In this document: in pieces, positions 13,295 through 26,608 of the stretch | Layout: each line of letters opens with the position of its first letter | How positions within the stretch are numbered: position 1 is the first letter of the stretch | Origin: Mobula hypostoma | Taxonomy: Eukaryota | Length of the DNA stretch: 64,000 nt | Assembly (NCBI RefSeq): GCF_963921235.1 | Contig: NC_086109.1 | Span: 36,024,001 to 36,088,000 of the forward strand | Direction of reading: 5' to 3' | Position numbers and translations under genes: made by a program | Notes under the pieces: model-generated | Database searches by the model: none | What the model was told of the DNA's origin: nothing | Seen by the model: the letters and a program-made list of their open reading frames with translations, nothing else

Positions 13295-14010
13295 AAGGTT
13301 CAAAGTAAATTTATTATCAAAGTACATATATGTCACCCTATACAACACTGGGATTCATTTTCTTGCAGGCATACTCAATAAATTCAATAATCACAATTGA
13401 ATCAATGAAAGTCCACATGAACAGTGCAACAATCAGTATGCAAAGACAACAAATTGTGCAAAAAAAGAGAATAATAATAATAATAAATAAGCAATAAATA
13501 TCGAGAACCTGAGATGAAGAGTCTTTGAAAGTGGGTCCATAGGTTGTGGGAGCAGTTCATTGATGAGGCAAGTGAAGTTATCCCCTCTGGTTCAAGAGCA
13601 TGATGATTAGGGGGTAATAACTGTTCCTGAACCCTAGAGCTGTGAGTTCGGAGACACTTATACCTTCTTCCTGCTGGCAGCAGCAAGAAGAGAGCATGAC
13701 GTGGGTGTTTGGGGTACCTAATGATGGATGCTGCTTTCCTGTGACAATGCTCCATGTAGGTGTGCTCAGTGGAAGGGAGTGCTTTACCTATGACGGACTG
13801 GGCCACATCTTCCAGGACATTGGTGTTTCCATACCGCACTGTGATGCAGTGTGTCTCCCCCACACACTAGAGAAGTTTGTCAAAGTTTTAGATGTAATGC
13901 CAAATTGTCACAAACCTCTAAGGAATAAGAGGTTTTTTTCATAATGGCATTTACAGTATGTGCTGTGCCCAGGACTGATCCTCTGAAATGATAACAATGA
14001 GAACTTCAAC
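13295..14010 (-). mobile_element. Rex1/Babar-like LINE 3' fragment
   Basis: Peptide CITVRYGN...KAASIIRYPKHPRHALFLLLPAGRRY is typical of the Rex1 C-terminus. Confidence 0.8.
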
Positions 14011-15289
14011 GTAATATAATATAATTCTAAGTAAATATATATAAAAAGCTGACAGTAATTTTTTTCAATCTTTTAGTAGCTTAAACACATGCTTTAGGCA
14101 AGAATTTAAAATTCTAAGCCTACATTTCAGTTTCCTTGCTGTCATTATTCTATCTTCTGTTTGTCCAGAGGAATAAAGATGACCAGGTGAGTAAATGAGT
14201 CCAATTGAACGTGTTCTTGTCTTTCAATTAGATTGTGAATCTTAGTTATATTTTAACCTCATCCTCCTTTTATACTATCTGTCTTTCAAATTGATGATTG
14301 TACTGACGTAGCATTCCATTCCTGGACATTGGAGTGAATATCGCACTGTGGGGAATTGCTGGCTAGAATTTGCTGAACGATATGTGGCATCTCATTTATC
14401 ACTGGGTAAAGTGATTTCAAGCTTTCAAGCACCACGGTGACTAGGCAGTAGGTAAAGTCCAGCGAATACAAAGCCATGTATGAGCAGTAGCAGGAAGGAA
14501 TAAGAATAATTGCTTTGAATGTGCTATTGGTCTGCATGTAGTATTGCAGGATAAAACAGTAAGAGCTGGAAATACTCAACAAACATTTGCAGAGAAAAAA
14601 CAATGTTAACTTTCATCAATATCCTTTCTTCAGAACTCCTGATGTGATTGAACAATGATAATAAAGGTGAATCAATACCCTACCTACTAGGTATTTGTTT
14701 TCCAGTTGAACTCTAATAATTGTTTTGGGTTTCCGAGTGCAATATTGAGACATATTAGCAACCCATGTTCATGTATCTTCAATTTTTTTGATCCTTCACA
14801 GCAGTTCCATAATTTAAATAATATGCAGATCTATAATAAGTTTCATTTTGAATGACTTCCCATTTTTACATACATACACATTCCACTAGACCATAAATTT
14901 ATTGAAATCCACCCCCTCACTAACTCAATCAATATCTCTTCTTAAATTGATACACCTGCCTATACCACCTTATCAATTCATCAACCTTTGTTTCATTAAC
15001 AAATATAAAAAGATTGTTATAGTATTATCCAGTTGTTAATAAATTTATAATCAAGTTGTGACAGGTTATTGAAGTGATAATAAGACAAAGTATGGATATA
15101 GTGTCATAGAGCTGAACAGCACAGAAACCGACTATTTTGCCCATTACGAAGTCATTTTCATGCATCAGGACCATGTCCTTCTGTGCCTTATCTCTTTGAG
15201 TTTCTAGTTAAATTTCTCTTAAATTAATAACTGCAACTGATTCCACCAATGCTTGTCATCCTTATCAATGATTTCAATTGTTTATCCTC

Positions 15290-15870
15290 TGGAGCAATGT
15301 TGAAACTTTATAAAGCGCTGTTGAGGCCTCACTTGGAGTATTGTGAGCAGTTTTGCGCCCTTACCTAGAAGGGATATGCTGAAACTGGAGAGGGTTCAAA
15401 GGAGTTTCATGAAGATAATTCCAGGGTTGATGCCAAACGTTTTATGCCTCTGGGCCTGTTTTCATCAGAGTTCAAAAGAATGAGGGGTGATCTCTTTGAA
15501 ACCTAACAAAATGGTAGAAAGCTTTGATAGAGTGGATGTGGAGAGGATGTTTCCTTGGGTGGGACAGTGTAAAACCAAAGGACACAACCTCAGAATAGCG
15601 GGGCGTCCTGTTAGAACGGAGATAAGGAGGAATTTCTTTAGCCAGAGAGTGGTGAATCTGTGGAATCATTTGCCACAGGTAGCTGTGGAGGCCATGTTTT
15701 TATGTATAGTTAAGGCAGAGGTTGATAGATTCTTAATGGGTCAGGGAATGAAGGGATATTGGGAGAAGGCAGGAGATTGGGGTCAAGAGGAATACTGGAT
15801 CAGCCATGACGAAATGGCGGAGAAGACTGCATGAGCCAAGTGCCCTAATTCTGCTGCTATACCTTATGAT
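15290..15870 (+). mobile_element. CR1 LINE 3' fragment
   Basis: RRNFFSQRVVNLWNHLP motif; RPHLEYC-coding sequence upstream. Confidence 0.85.
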
Positions 15871-15942
15871 ACAAAGCTATGTGTAGTACATGCCATGAAA
15901 AATCTGCAGAGGGGCTTTGCATACAAGTAAATGCCATGGATT

Positions 15943-16555
15943 AGGCTGCATCGCTTCCTGGTTCGGGAATTGCGCTGTCTCGGATCGCAAGACCCTGCAG
16001 CGGTCAGCTGAGAAGATCATCGGGGTCTCTCTTCCTGCCATTACAGACATTTACACTACAAGCTACACCCATAAAGCCAACAGCATTGTAAAGGACATCA
16101 TTCACCCCTCATACAAACTCTTCTCCCTCCTGCCATCTGGCAAAAGGTACCGAAGCATTTGGGCTGTCACGACCAGACTGTGCAACAGTTTCTTCCCCCA
16201 ACCCATCAGACACCTTAATACCCAGAGAGTAGACTAACATCAACATCATTTATTATTATCTTGTAACTTGTCCTCCACTGTGCCTATTGTCTTGATTATT
16301 ATTTATTGAACTGCCCTGCGCTGTTTTGTGCACTTTATGTAGTCCTGTGTAGGTCTGTAATCAAGTGTAGTTTTTGTGTTGTCTTACGTAGTCTAGTGTA
16401 GCCTTGTGTTGTCTCACTTAGTCTAGTGTAGTTTTGCGTTGTTTCATGTAGCACCATGGTCCTGGAGGAACGTTGTTTCATTTTTACCGTGTACTGTACC
16501 AGCGATTTATGTTCGAAATGACAATAAAAAGCAACTTAACTTGACTTGACTTGAT
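15943..16555 (+). mobile_element. Rex1/Babar-like LINE 3' end
   Basis: GCIASWFGN...HPSYKLFSLLPSGKRYRS...NSFFP; AATAAA followed by a (CTTGA)n tail. Confidence 0.85.
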
Positions 16556-17661
16556 AATATAATATGGAGAAAATATTAGCATATCCAGCTGAGTAGAACA
16601 TATAGAAAGGTGGAATATTTGCTAAATGGAGAGAGTTTGAATGGTATAGATTCAGAGAGACCATGGCACTATTGTTCATGAATCATTGTATGCTAAGAAA
16701 CAGGCAATATGATCAAGCTGATACTTGAGTATCTCTAGTTGAGTATCTTGAGCAGCACAAAAAGGGACCTCATTCTACACCACGCCCTTGCTAACCATTT
16801 TGTTTAGCTACATTAATTCCATATTCAAGAGCCTGTCTAAATGTCTTTTCACCGTAATGACTGTATCCAAATCTGTTACATTTTGTAACTTCAAGATATT
16901 AAATTAATTCAAAGAACTCAGAGTCCAAAAATACAAGTGTATACTTCTAGTCTTATTTATGTGAGCCTCCCACCCCACCCCCACCCCCACCCCCACCCCC
17001 CATACCATTTTTAAATAAAGCACACAAGTAGTTATTTAAACAAACAAGAATGTTTAGTGAAATTAAATATATGTGAGCATTTGGTCCATATTGACAAACA
17101 AGGAAGCTCATTGAACTCAACAACTGTTTTATTATGATAGACACAAAACGGACCGGGCACCATGACCCAAAGAGTGAACCCAACCAGTCTCATGCAGACC
17201 GGTGTGGTGACCATCACATACCCCCGTTACAGTTAGAGTGACCCACACATACACAAGTAAATAACTGTACAACCCAAGCTAAAATGTAACAATAAATGAA
17301 TTGGAACTTCCCACCATAATACCACAAAAGCATTTTAACACAAGAACAATAAACAGTGCTGGTTATTAGAAATGCAGGGGTGGGCTGTCTACAATCTTTT
17401 CAACATTTTAAGCAAGACTAGTGTATTATTTTTGTTCTGTACAATTTTAGAGTGAAAAATAATGAAAGAAGCACTATGCAAAAGTTTGGGCACCCCAAGA
17501 GATTTGAGCTCTCAGATAACTTTTACGAAGGTCTCAGACCTTGATTAGCTTGTTAGGGCTCTGGATTGTTCACAGTCATTGTTAGGAAAGGCCAGGTGAT
17601 GCAAATTTTAAAGCTTTATAAATACCCTGACTCCTCAAACTTGTCCCAACAATCAACGTCC

Positions 17662-19003
17662 ATGGGCTCCTCTAGGCAGCTGCCTAGCACTCTGAAAATT
17701 AAAATAAATGATGCCCACAAAGCAAGAGGAGGCTGTAAGTAGAGCTACTAGGACTTGATGTTTCAATTCCTATGGTAAGTTGGCACTCTTGATGTTGGCA
17801 GTGGGCTTGGAGTGGTGACAAGGAGGGAGAGTAGGTACATCATCGGGACCATCAGGTGGGCACCTTCCTTCTTTGACGTTTCATTAATAAGCCCATGACG
17901 TCTCCAGAGGGTTCAACGGTGCTACCTGGCGACTCAGATACACTCCCCCCCTCAGTTCCATACCCTCCTGTCTTCATCTTGCAGCCCAGTTGTTGTCTTT
18001 CCTTTTAATCCAAATCCAGTTGCTGCTTTCTTCTGCTGCATTTGACAAGGACTAAGAAGATAGCAGTGTTTTCAGGTAGCTGTTTCCTCAGTTCGTAATG
18101 TAATTAAGAAATGGCGATTAACAGGGACAGTGGAGGTCATGTTGAGGTCTGGAAGACCAAGAAAACTTTCCAAGAGGACTGCTCATAGGATTGCTAGAAA
18201 GACAAATCAAAACCCCCATTTGACTGCAAAAGACCTTCAGGAAGATTTAGCAGACTCTGGAGTGGTGATGCACTGTTCTACTGTGCAGAGACACCTGCAC
18301 AAATATGACCTTCATGGAAGAGTCATCAGAAGAAAACCTTTCCTGCATCCTCACCACAAAATTCAACGTCGTAAGTTTGCAAAGGAATATCTAAACAATC
18401 CTGATGCATTTTGGAAACAAGTCCTGTGGACTGATGAAGTTAAAATAGAACTTTCTGGCCACAATGAGCAAAGATATGTTTGGAGAAAAAAGGGTGCAGA
18501 ATTTCATGAAAAGAACACCTCTCCAACTGTTAAGCACGGGGGTGGATCGATCGTGCTCTGGGCTTGTGTTGCAGCCAGCGGCACCGGGAACATTTCACTG
18601 GTAGAGGGAAGAATGAATTCAATTAAATTCCAGCAAATTCTGGAAGCAAACATCACACCATCTGTAAAAAAAAAAGCTGAAGATGAAAAGCGGATGGCTT
18701 CTACAACAGGATAATGATCCTAAACACACCTCAAAATCCACAATGGACTACCTCAAGAGGCACAAGCTGAATGATTTGCCATGGCCCTCACAGTCCCCTG
18801 ACCTAAACATCATCGAAAATCTGTGGATAGACCTCAAAAGAGCAGTGCATGCAAGACAGCCCAAGAGTCTCACAGAACTAGAAGCCTTTTGCAAGGAAGA
18901 ATGGGTGAAAATCCCCCAAACAAGAATTGAGATACTCTTAGCTGGCTACAGAAAGCGTTTACAAGCTGTGATACTTACCAAAGGGGGTGTTACTAAGTAC
19001 TGA
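17662..19003 (+). pseudogene. Tc1 transposase (DD34E), disrupted
   Basis: MGSSRQLP start, GRPRK linker, VLWTDE, QQDNDPKH, SPDLNIIE motifs; 314-bp insertion and a frameshift at the A-run near 18666-18676. Confidence 0.92.
17734..18047. mobile_element. Probable solo LTR inserted in the Tc1 transposase
   Basis: TGTAA...TGACA termini; splits the GYKKIA-type coding segment; flanks AGGC/AGGA. Confidence 0.65.
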
Positions 19004-21439
19004 CCATGCAGGGTGCCCAAACTTTTGCTTCAGGCACTTTTCCTTTTTTGTTATTTTGAAACTGTAAAAGATGGAAATAAAAAAAGTAATCTTGCTTAAA
19101 TATATATTAAGTATATATTTATATATAGACAATTACTCAAATATTATTGAAATATTCATTACACAACACTACTCCATGCTAAACTATAAACTCCAACTTA
19201 ATAGAGAATGCATCTCAACTATATACACAGTACATTATATAATACAACTACAATAAACAGACATCCACGGCATAATAAATATTAAATTGTCTCATTCAAG
19301 CCTAAAGATTTGGTTACTGTGGAGGATCTTCCTCTTGTGTGATAGCATCTTTCCTGATAAGGGGAGTCACTTTGCTTGGTAGGTGAGACTTGTGGCTATG
19401 AAACGATCTTAGGTTCTGGGACCTTCTCTGTGGTGGTTGTAGGTGTTGACTCTGAGATTGCAGGAAATGACTCTGACAACACTAAACACCCTTCTTCTTT
19501 TCTCTCTCTGGATCTACTATGATACCTTTCTTTTTCTTTCTCATATTCCTTCTCTCTTTCATACCATTCTCTTTCTCATTCACATTCTTTCTCTCCATCT
19601 CTTCCCTCCTTTTTCTTCCTCTACTTTGTGCATCTTATCTTGGGAAGGTGCATTTAGTTGGCTGGAGTGTTCTTTTATTAATCCTTCTATTGTTTCCTCT
19701 ATGATCTGATTTCTCGTCTTGGTTTCCTCATTCACAAGATCATTTGACAAAACCCCTGTTTTCATATCTCCAACAACTACTTTCTCTTTGGCCTTCTATT
19801 CATCCAGCAGGTCTTTGGTCTTTACATCTACTTTTACAAGCAGGTTTTTGTCATCCACTTGAAGTTCATGCAATAATCTTGATGCTCGCAGACTAGGTTC
19901 TGGCTCTTTATACTCACAAGAGCTGAATGCTTGTCAGTTTCCTGAATCTCCTTGAACTCTCTTCCAGCTTAAAACCAAGTCGCACCACAAATAACTGCCT
20001 GATTAATATATCAGAAACTTTCTCTCTTATCTTGCCTACAAAATCTGTTGTAGTTGAGCCACTGCTTTCATCACTTTCACACTTCCTGAGCAGCATGGTC
20101 CTTCCTTGGTCCAAAATGCTTTTCAACCAGAGGCATGGGGACAGTTGTGGCATGATCCAGTAACTTCATTCACTTTCAGTTGGCTTCATTGCAGGGAATG
20201 AGGCATGCAAGTTGTGGATGGATCTCCAATCAAGCTGTAGTTGTCTCAATCTCTCACAACCACACACTGCCTGGTCTTCCTGTTTTTACCACATACAAAC
20301 CCAATGTGGCTTGTTCATTGTTGCATTTCAGTGTAATGAATGTCATTCCCACAGGAGTTATCTTTTCGCCAGTTTAAGCTCTCGGTTGGATATCTGCAGG
20401 CTTCAGTTTGGTATGTCTGAAATATCATTCAAACTCATTTTGTGGAACGTCTTAAGCAACTGAAGCTGTGTCCAATTCCATTCAAATTAATTTGCCGTTC
20501 ACTTTTGGTGTAAGCCATATTGCAGGTCTCCTGTTCATTTCGAAATTGTAAATCTCAACGATGCCCATTCCAATATCGCATTCATCATTGCCAGATTTTT
20601 CATGGACCGGCTGCAGATTAGTGCTCTTTGAAACTGCAATATGAACTTTTATCTTTTTCTCTTCTCTGTGCAATTTATTTTTCTCTGCCCAACATGCTTA
20701 CTATATATAACATATTTTGTCGCATTTTCTGCAAGTTTCACCTTTAAATCTGCTTAGATGTTGTAATTTTGTTCAAGCTCACGTTTATTCCGGACTGTAA
20801 CTGGATTACACCTCTGCAGTTTCCACTGAAACAGCAATTTCCGCTGCTTATTTGAATTTAAGTTGTACTTCAGTTAGAAGCTGTTTTGAATGCTTTCTTT
20901 TAAGACTCCACAAACTAAACATTCTCTCAGTGCATCATTAAACACATTACCAAACCAATTATCTGTGGTGTAATCAAACTCATCAATCTTTCCAGTGTAA
21001 CTAGCCATTTGATATTTTTTAATGATTAGTAGCACCTGGTACTCATAATTTAAGACCCTGAATTCTTCGATTTATTGCCTTAAAAAAATTCGATGGTATC
21101 TTTCCTTCCAAAGAACATGTGTTGACTGCTTTTGTGTTCAACTGGACTGTCTGGTTGAAAGGCTGGAGTGTCTTTTTTACTCGCCAATGCTCCCGCTGCA
21201 TTTTATTTTATTTCAAACATCTCACTCCGCTTTAACAAGTCGATAGCCATCTCGGGTTCATTTTAAAGTACTTCAAAACCAATGTTATGTATTGTAATAT
21301 CAAAATATTAAATTAATTCAAAGAAACTCCAAAAATATATGTGTATCCTTCTAGTTTACTGTAAGTCAGACACCCCCGTATACAATATTACTCAAGTATT
21401 ATTGAAATGGTAATTACACAACAGAATCTAGAGTTTGTA

Positions 21440-21880
21440 TAGGAATTATGTGATTGTGCTGGAAAGAGCTCGTAGGAGATTAACCAGAATGTTGCCTGAA
21501 TTGGAGGGCTTTTGTTAAGGAAATTGAATGGATAGGGCGGGCTTGTCTTTTCCTGAGGGCTGAGGAGAGATAAGGGGTGATCTGTTAGAGATAAACCAGA
21601 TTCAGAGAGGTGTAGGTAAAATCTTTCTTCTGGGGTAGGGGTATCTAAAACAAAATAGCATTGCCTTTGAGTGAGATGGAGTTTTACAAGAAACCTGAAG
21701 GAAGTGGTAGAACCAGATACAATTATTACACTTAAGAAGCATCTAGGTAAGTGTGCGAATAAACAGGACTTAGAAGGATGCAGACCTAATTCAGATAAGT
21801 GGGATTTGTACAGATGGGCAAATAGGTTGGTGTTAACGTGATGGGCCAGAGGGTCTCTTTCTGTGTGGTGCAAATCTGTG
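21440..21880 (+). mobile_element. Decayed CR1 3' fragment
   Basis: Remnant RRRLRGDL-type coding sequence and CR1 3' UTR. Confidence 0.6.
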
Positions 21881-24800
21881 ACTCCACCACATTATGAAAG
21901 TGGCTCTGAAGGAAAGATTAAACATGGTCTTATTGAATGGTGGAGCAGGCACAAGGGGACAAATACCTATCCCTGCTCCTACTACATGGAATACATTTTT
22001 GGTGAAACTCTGCTAGTCATTTCCTTACAATTCAATGACGTGTCTCTTCACTATATCAATGTGTTGTCAAATTCCAAAATTTCAAATTTCAGTTAACATC
22101 TGTTTATTTTGCAAAAAGTTCTATGTATTAGATGTGATATTTACAAACTCATGTTAGCTCTCTTTAATCAGCTCAAGTTCCTCTAAGTGCTCTCACTTAT
22201 AATGCATTTAATTATATTTTCATTAAGTTCTACCTAATATTCTCCACTCATCCTTCCCTGTTGATGTTTCTCTACATTATCTCAGGGACAAATCACATAA
22301 TGTCTTTACCTGCTGAGTTTTTATCACTGTCTGTATTACTTATGCAACCCTGGGAAGCAGGCATTAATTAGTTATAAGATGCAAATGGTCTCAAACAGGT
22401 CTGATTTACTGTCAAATTCAACAAGAGTGAATCTGAAATTATCACACCATTTATGAAAGACATTTAAGTTTATGGTTGTATTTGCAGTTGGATTTAAGAA
22501 ATCTATATTATTGCTTCAGTGCCTCAGAACTTCCATTTGAAAAGACAGAAATGAGTATGTTCCATTTTCTCCTAGTTTTTGCTGTTGTATAATTAATTAG
22601 TCAAAAAGAGAGAAAGAAACCAGGCATCCATTCTGTTGAATTCAGTTTCCACTTTGTTCCAGCCTCTTTAACCAGAGAATGCAATCTATTCTTATTGCCG
22701 TTAACAAATTTCTTCTTAACTCTGCAAAATCACTAAATCACCCCTCCTATTTTAATGACAGCAGCTCCAAGTTTAAGAGATTTTGGACAACAAAAACGGT
22801 AAACCAAAGGCTGGGCCTTTGATCACTCAGTAACAAACCTCTCAGCATTAAGATTTCACAATGGATTGTATTTTTAAAATGATAGTCCTTAGTCCCACAT
22901 ATTGATAATAATTGTGCTGCAAGATTCCTTGGTCAGTGTCAATTTTGAATGTAATGGCCTGACTTTCTCAGGATGTTACATTAATTCCAAATAACCCATG
23001 TCAGCTATTGTATTTCCTGATAATTGGCTGCAAATTAAATCTGAATAGAAGTCCACTGAGAGTGCTGATTTTATAAATCTGTCACTATACATTGAAACAC
23101 ATATCAATGCTATTGTCAGATAGCATTAGCATTGGAATTACTTTCCCCCTGATATTGCTGCCAGTAGCCACAATGAGTTTAGTGGTACTCAGCTTTATTT
23201 AGGTACACCTTGCAGCAGGAACAAATTTCCCTGCATGAGACATCCCAATATGCATCAGTTTAAGGTTATCTTTACAAATGCAAAGTGAATTTCATGCACT
23301 TGTATATTAACTGCCAATTAAACTCACCGCAGAATGGTAAGAATGTTACAGAGCAGCATCTGAGTTGCTACATCCTTACATGCCTCATGTCCATTGTCTC
23401 ACAGCTCTTACTGGACTTTGTGATGAACTGACGCAGTGGCCTGCCCAGCAGCAGTGATGCCTGGCTTTGTGTCTATCGTAAAACTTCAGTTCTGAAGCTA
23501 TATGCTTACTTTTATTGTCTGCACGGTTTGTGTTTTTTTTTCTCTCTCTGCTCATTGGGTTTTTCATTGTCTCTTTTGCAGTTTCTTTGTTTTGTTGCTG
23601 CCTATAAGGAGATGAACCTCAAAGTTGTATATAGGGTACATACTTCGATAATAATGTTCTTTGAACTTTTAATATTCTGCAACCTTTTCAGCTAAAATGG
23701 AAATGTACAAAGTCACATTCCAAGAAAGAAAAGATGGCTATTTTTTAAATTGTATCTTTCTGGTTCTCTATTCGTCCAATGTTTTCTGTCTCTTTAAGTC
23801 ACCTAGTATGATAAACTTTGTTCTCTTTACCTTACTTCCTACTCTCTCACTTCATGTTTATTCACAGAATACAAATATTGCTGGCAAGTCGAGCACTTAT
23901 TTCAGCCTACCTACTTAAGCACGGAAAGAGACCATCAGCTGAAGTGATCCAGCAGTCTCATTCCACCCTCTCCTTATTTCTCTGCAAGCTCCATGCTAAT
24001 AGCTCTGAGACCAAGTGCCTGCAATGCTGTGGCAATCAATGTAGCAATCTGCTTCTTGAGTACTCAACATTGTGAGTTCCACATTTTGCTCCATTGATGA
24101 TGAGTCAACAGACCAGTTCGGATACTCCATTGCTTCCTGAAATAGACAATATAAATGGTTCTTCATTGTCATTAGTTCTTCATTTATTTAACATACTGTT
24201 TAATGGCATTTTACCACACAATCCTCAGTGATCCAAGAAGGTGACACACTAACATATCCTGAAGAGTGATTAGGAATAAATATTTGATCTTTTAGCATTA
24301 CCATTTCCCAACACTGGCTCTTGTCACGGTTAATGTCTTTATTTAATCCACACCTTTCTCGAGCAGGCTTCCCTGCACAGTCACCCTCAAGAAAGCGCTC
24401 TTCTAACTTTGGCAAGGTGAAAGACACTTACAAAAACATTAATTATTTAAAAAATTTTTAAGTATTTAAAACTTGATTTTTAAAATATAATACATGAATA
24501 TAAGAAATATTGGGCATATTTTCAGTTGCCTAAGATCATTGGCTATTGTTTCCAGCACAGTCACAGACATTGTTTTTCCTTGAGTCCCAGAAGTTCAATC
24601 CTCAAAGATGTTGCTCAGCAGAGCAGATCACCATACTCACAGGGTGGCTATCCCAATCACTGATGGTTTCCCCCCCCCATGTTCAGGCTCTGCTAGCGAT
24701 TCAATATATTTAGACCAAATTAAAGAATAAAAATATTGTCAATGTTTTTCTATCTTTTAAAATATTTTAAAAGACAAACACATGATTAAAATATGGAATC

Positions 24801-24899
24801 TTCCAAATTATTCAAAGAAAAAACTTTCCTTTCTTCTCCAAGAAGAACCTGCCATAAATACACAGGCTCAACGTCTAGTTTAACTTTAGTAATACCAAC

Positions 24900-25300
24900 T
24901 CTGAAACCCAGAATCAACTATTCCAAGATTAGCTTCTTTGTAACCTTGACAGATGATACAAGGCAATGAGAAGATATTACTTATGCTTTCTCCACCAAAA
25001 TCCTCCAAATTCACTGGGAGGATCTCGAAACCAATGTCAGAGTCCTCCCCTTGGACAATATCGCCAGCATCGAAGACCAAATTACAAGCAACTCATCTTG
25101 GCAGGCCATGTTATCTGCATGCAGAATCACAGACCCTCTCAATAGTCACTTTCTTCTGAGCACTGTCACATTGTCACCAGTTGGACAAAGGAGAAGATCA
25201 TGGAAATGCCTATTTGAAGGAAATGCAGGATCTGCCCTTATTTGGAAAGCCTGATTATTCAACAGCCAGGATGGTATCTGATTTTGTGCATGAGAAACTC
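24900..25300 (+). mobile_element. Highly decayed RTE-clade LINE fragment
   Basis: IASIEDQIT...W.GHV and GQRRR remnants typical of the RTE C-terminus. Confidence 0.45.
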
Positions 25301-25929
25301 ACAGTAGCCCTTGTGTATGTGGTGGGAAGAGCACATAATCTCATAATCTACTGACCCATCCATTCTATCTGGCACTTCTTATCCTGTCTGTAGTAGACTG
25401 CGGCTCCCACTTTGGCCTCATTTGTTACCTTATTACATATTCAAATGAAATGGGAGCAAGTAATTTTCAATTCCAAAGGACTGCCAAGAAAAGAAGAGGA
25501 ATTGGTTGGACTGTGTTTGCTCCGGGTTGGTATTGGAACACATCTGGCTTTAAAGGATAAATTTTCAGTATAGCATCTGGGATATTGTTTACAGATGTGG
25601 CTTTAGATTCATCTATCAAACTTACCCAATTCTTAACATCACATAGAGTGAAATGATTCAGGTGAAGACTGGCTTCTGTGCGGAGTGGGAACTTAGGATG
25701 CCAAAAGAATCATCCACTTGACAATCCTAGCTGCTGATCATTGCAAGCACTTGATAATTATCTTTTTGTTGTCAAGTGCTGCTATCTTTAAGGTATAAAT
25801 ATTCATAGATCTACCTCAGCCAATCATTTTCATTATTATATGCTCAATTAACAAATATAGCTGGTTGTGATCCTATAAATCAATAATGGATCACTTTGCT
25901 CTCTCTGCAGCATGAAGCTTCCATAGTTT

Positions 25930-26608
25930 AGATCACAAAACAAAGGAGCAGAAGTAGGCCATTCGGCCCATCGAGTCTGCTCCGCAGCTCCCCCATGAGC
26001 TAAATTATTCACCCATCTAGTTCCAATTTCCGGCTTTTTCCCCATATCCCTTGATACCCTGACTAATTAGATATCTGTCAATCTCCTCCTTAAACACCCT
26101 CAATGATCGGGCCTCCACAGCTGTATGTGGAAACGAATTCCACAAATCCACAACCCTCTGGCTAAAAAAATTTCTCCTCATCTGTTTTAACTGGGTATCC
26201 TCTAATTCTAAGACTATGGCCTCTTGTTCTGGACTCACCCACCAAGGGAAACAACCTTTCCACATCTACTCTGTCCAACCCTTTCAACATTTGAAATGTT
26301 TCTATGAGATCCCCTCTCATTCTTCTATACTCTAATCAATACAATCCAAGAGCCGACAAACGCTCCTCATATGTTAGCCTCTGCATTCCAGGAAATCCTC
26401 ATAAATCTTCTCTGAACTCTCTCCAACATCAGTACATCCTTTCTAAGATAGGGGGCCCAAAACTGCACACAGTATTCCAAATGAGGTCTCACTAATGCCC
26501 CATAGAGCCTCATCAACACCTCCTTACTCTTATACACTATTCCTCTTGAAATGAATGCCAACGTAGCATTCACTTTCCTTACCGCTGATCCAACTTGGTG
26601 GTAAACCT
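25930..26608 (-). mobile_element. CR1 LINE 3' part (split by LTR element)
   Basis: [30 protein letters not shown]; continues at 31486. Confidence 0.92.

Larger units (their letters stand above)
17406..19100 (+). mobile_element. Tc1-family DNA transposon
   Basis: 18-bp perfect inverted repeat GCAAAAGTTTGGGCACCC (17478-17495 / 19011-19028) inside longer imperfect TIRs; outer ends not resolved. Confidence 0.9.
16874..21423 (-). mobile_element. Decayed Gypsy LTR retrotransposon; left LTR interrupted by Tc1
   Basis: LTR similarity between 16874-16960 plus 19128-19168 and 21283-21423; flanks AAATC/GAATC (5-bp TSD, 1 mismatch); minus-strand gag start (MASYTGKIDEFDYTTDNW, ~21008) and protease remnant (VNGKLI*MELDT, ~20470-20500). 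Confidence 0.75.

Noticed and set aside
16370..16452. Spaced GTCTAGTGTAG repeats, superficially array-like
   Set aside because: Degenerate minisatellite in a Rex1 3' UTR; eukaryotic context, no unique spacers and no cas genes.
17072..17326. Possible additional solo LTR (TGTGAG...ACCACA)
   Set aside because: No matching target-site duplication; boundaries unsupported.
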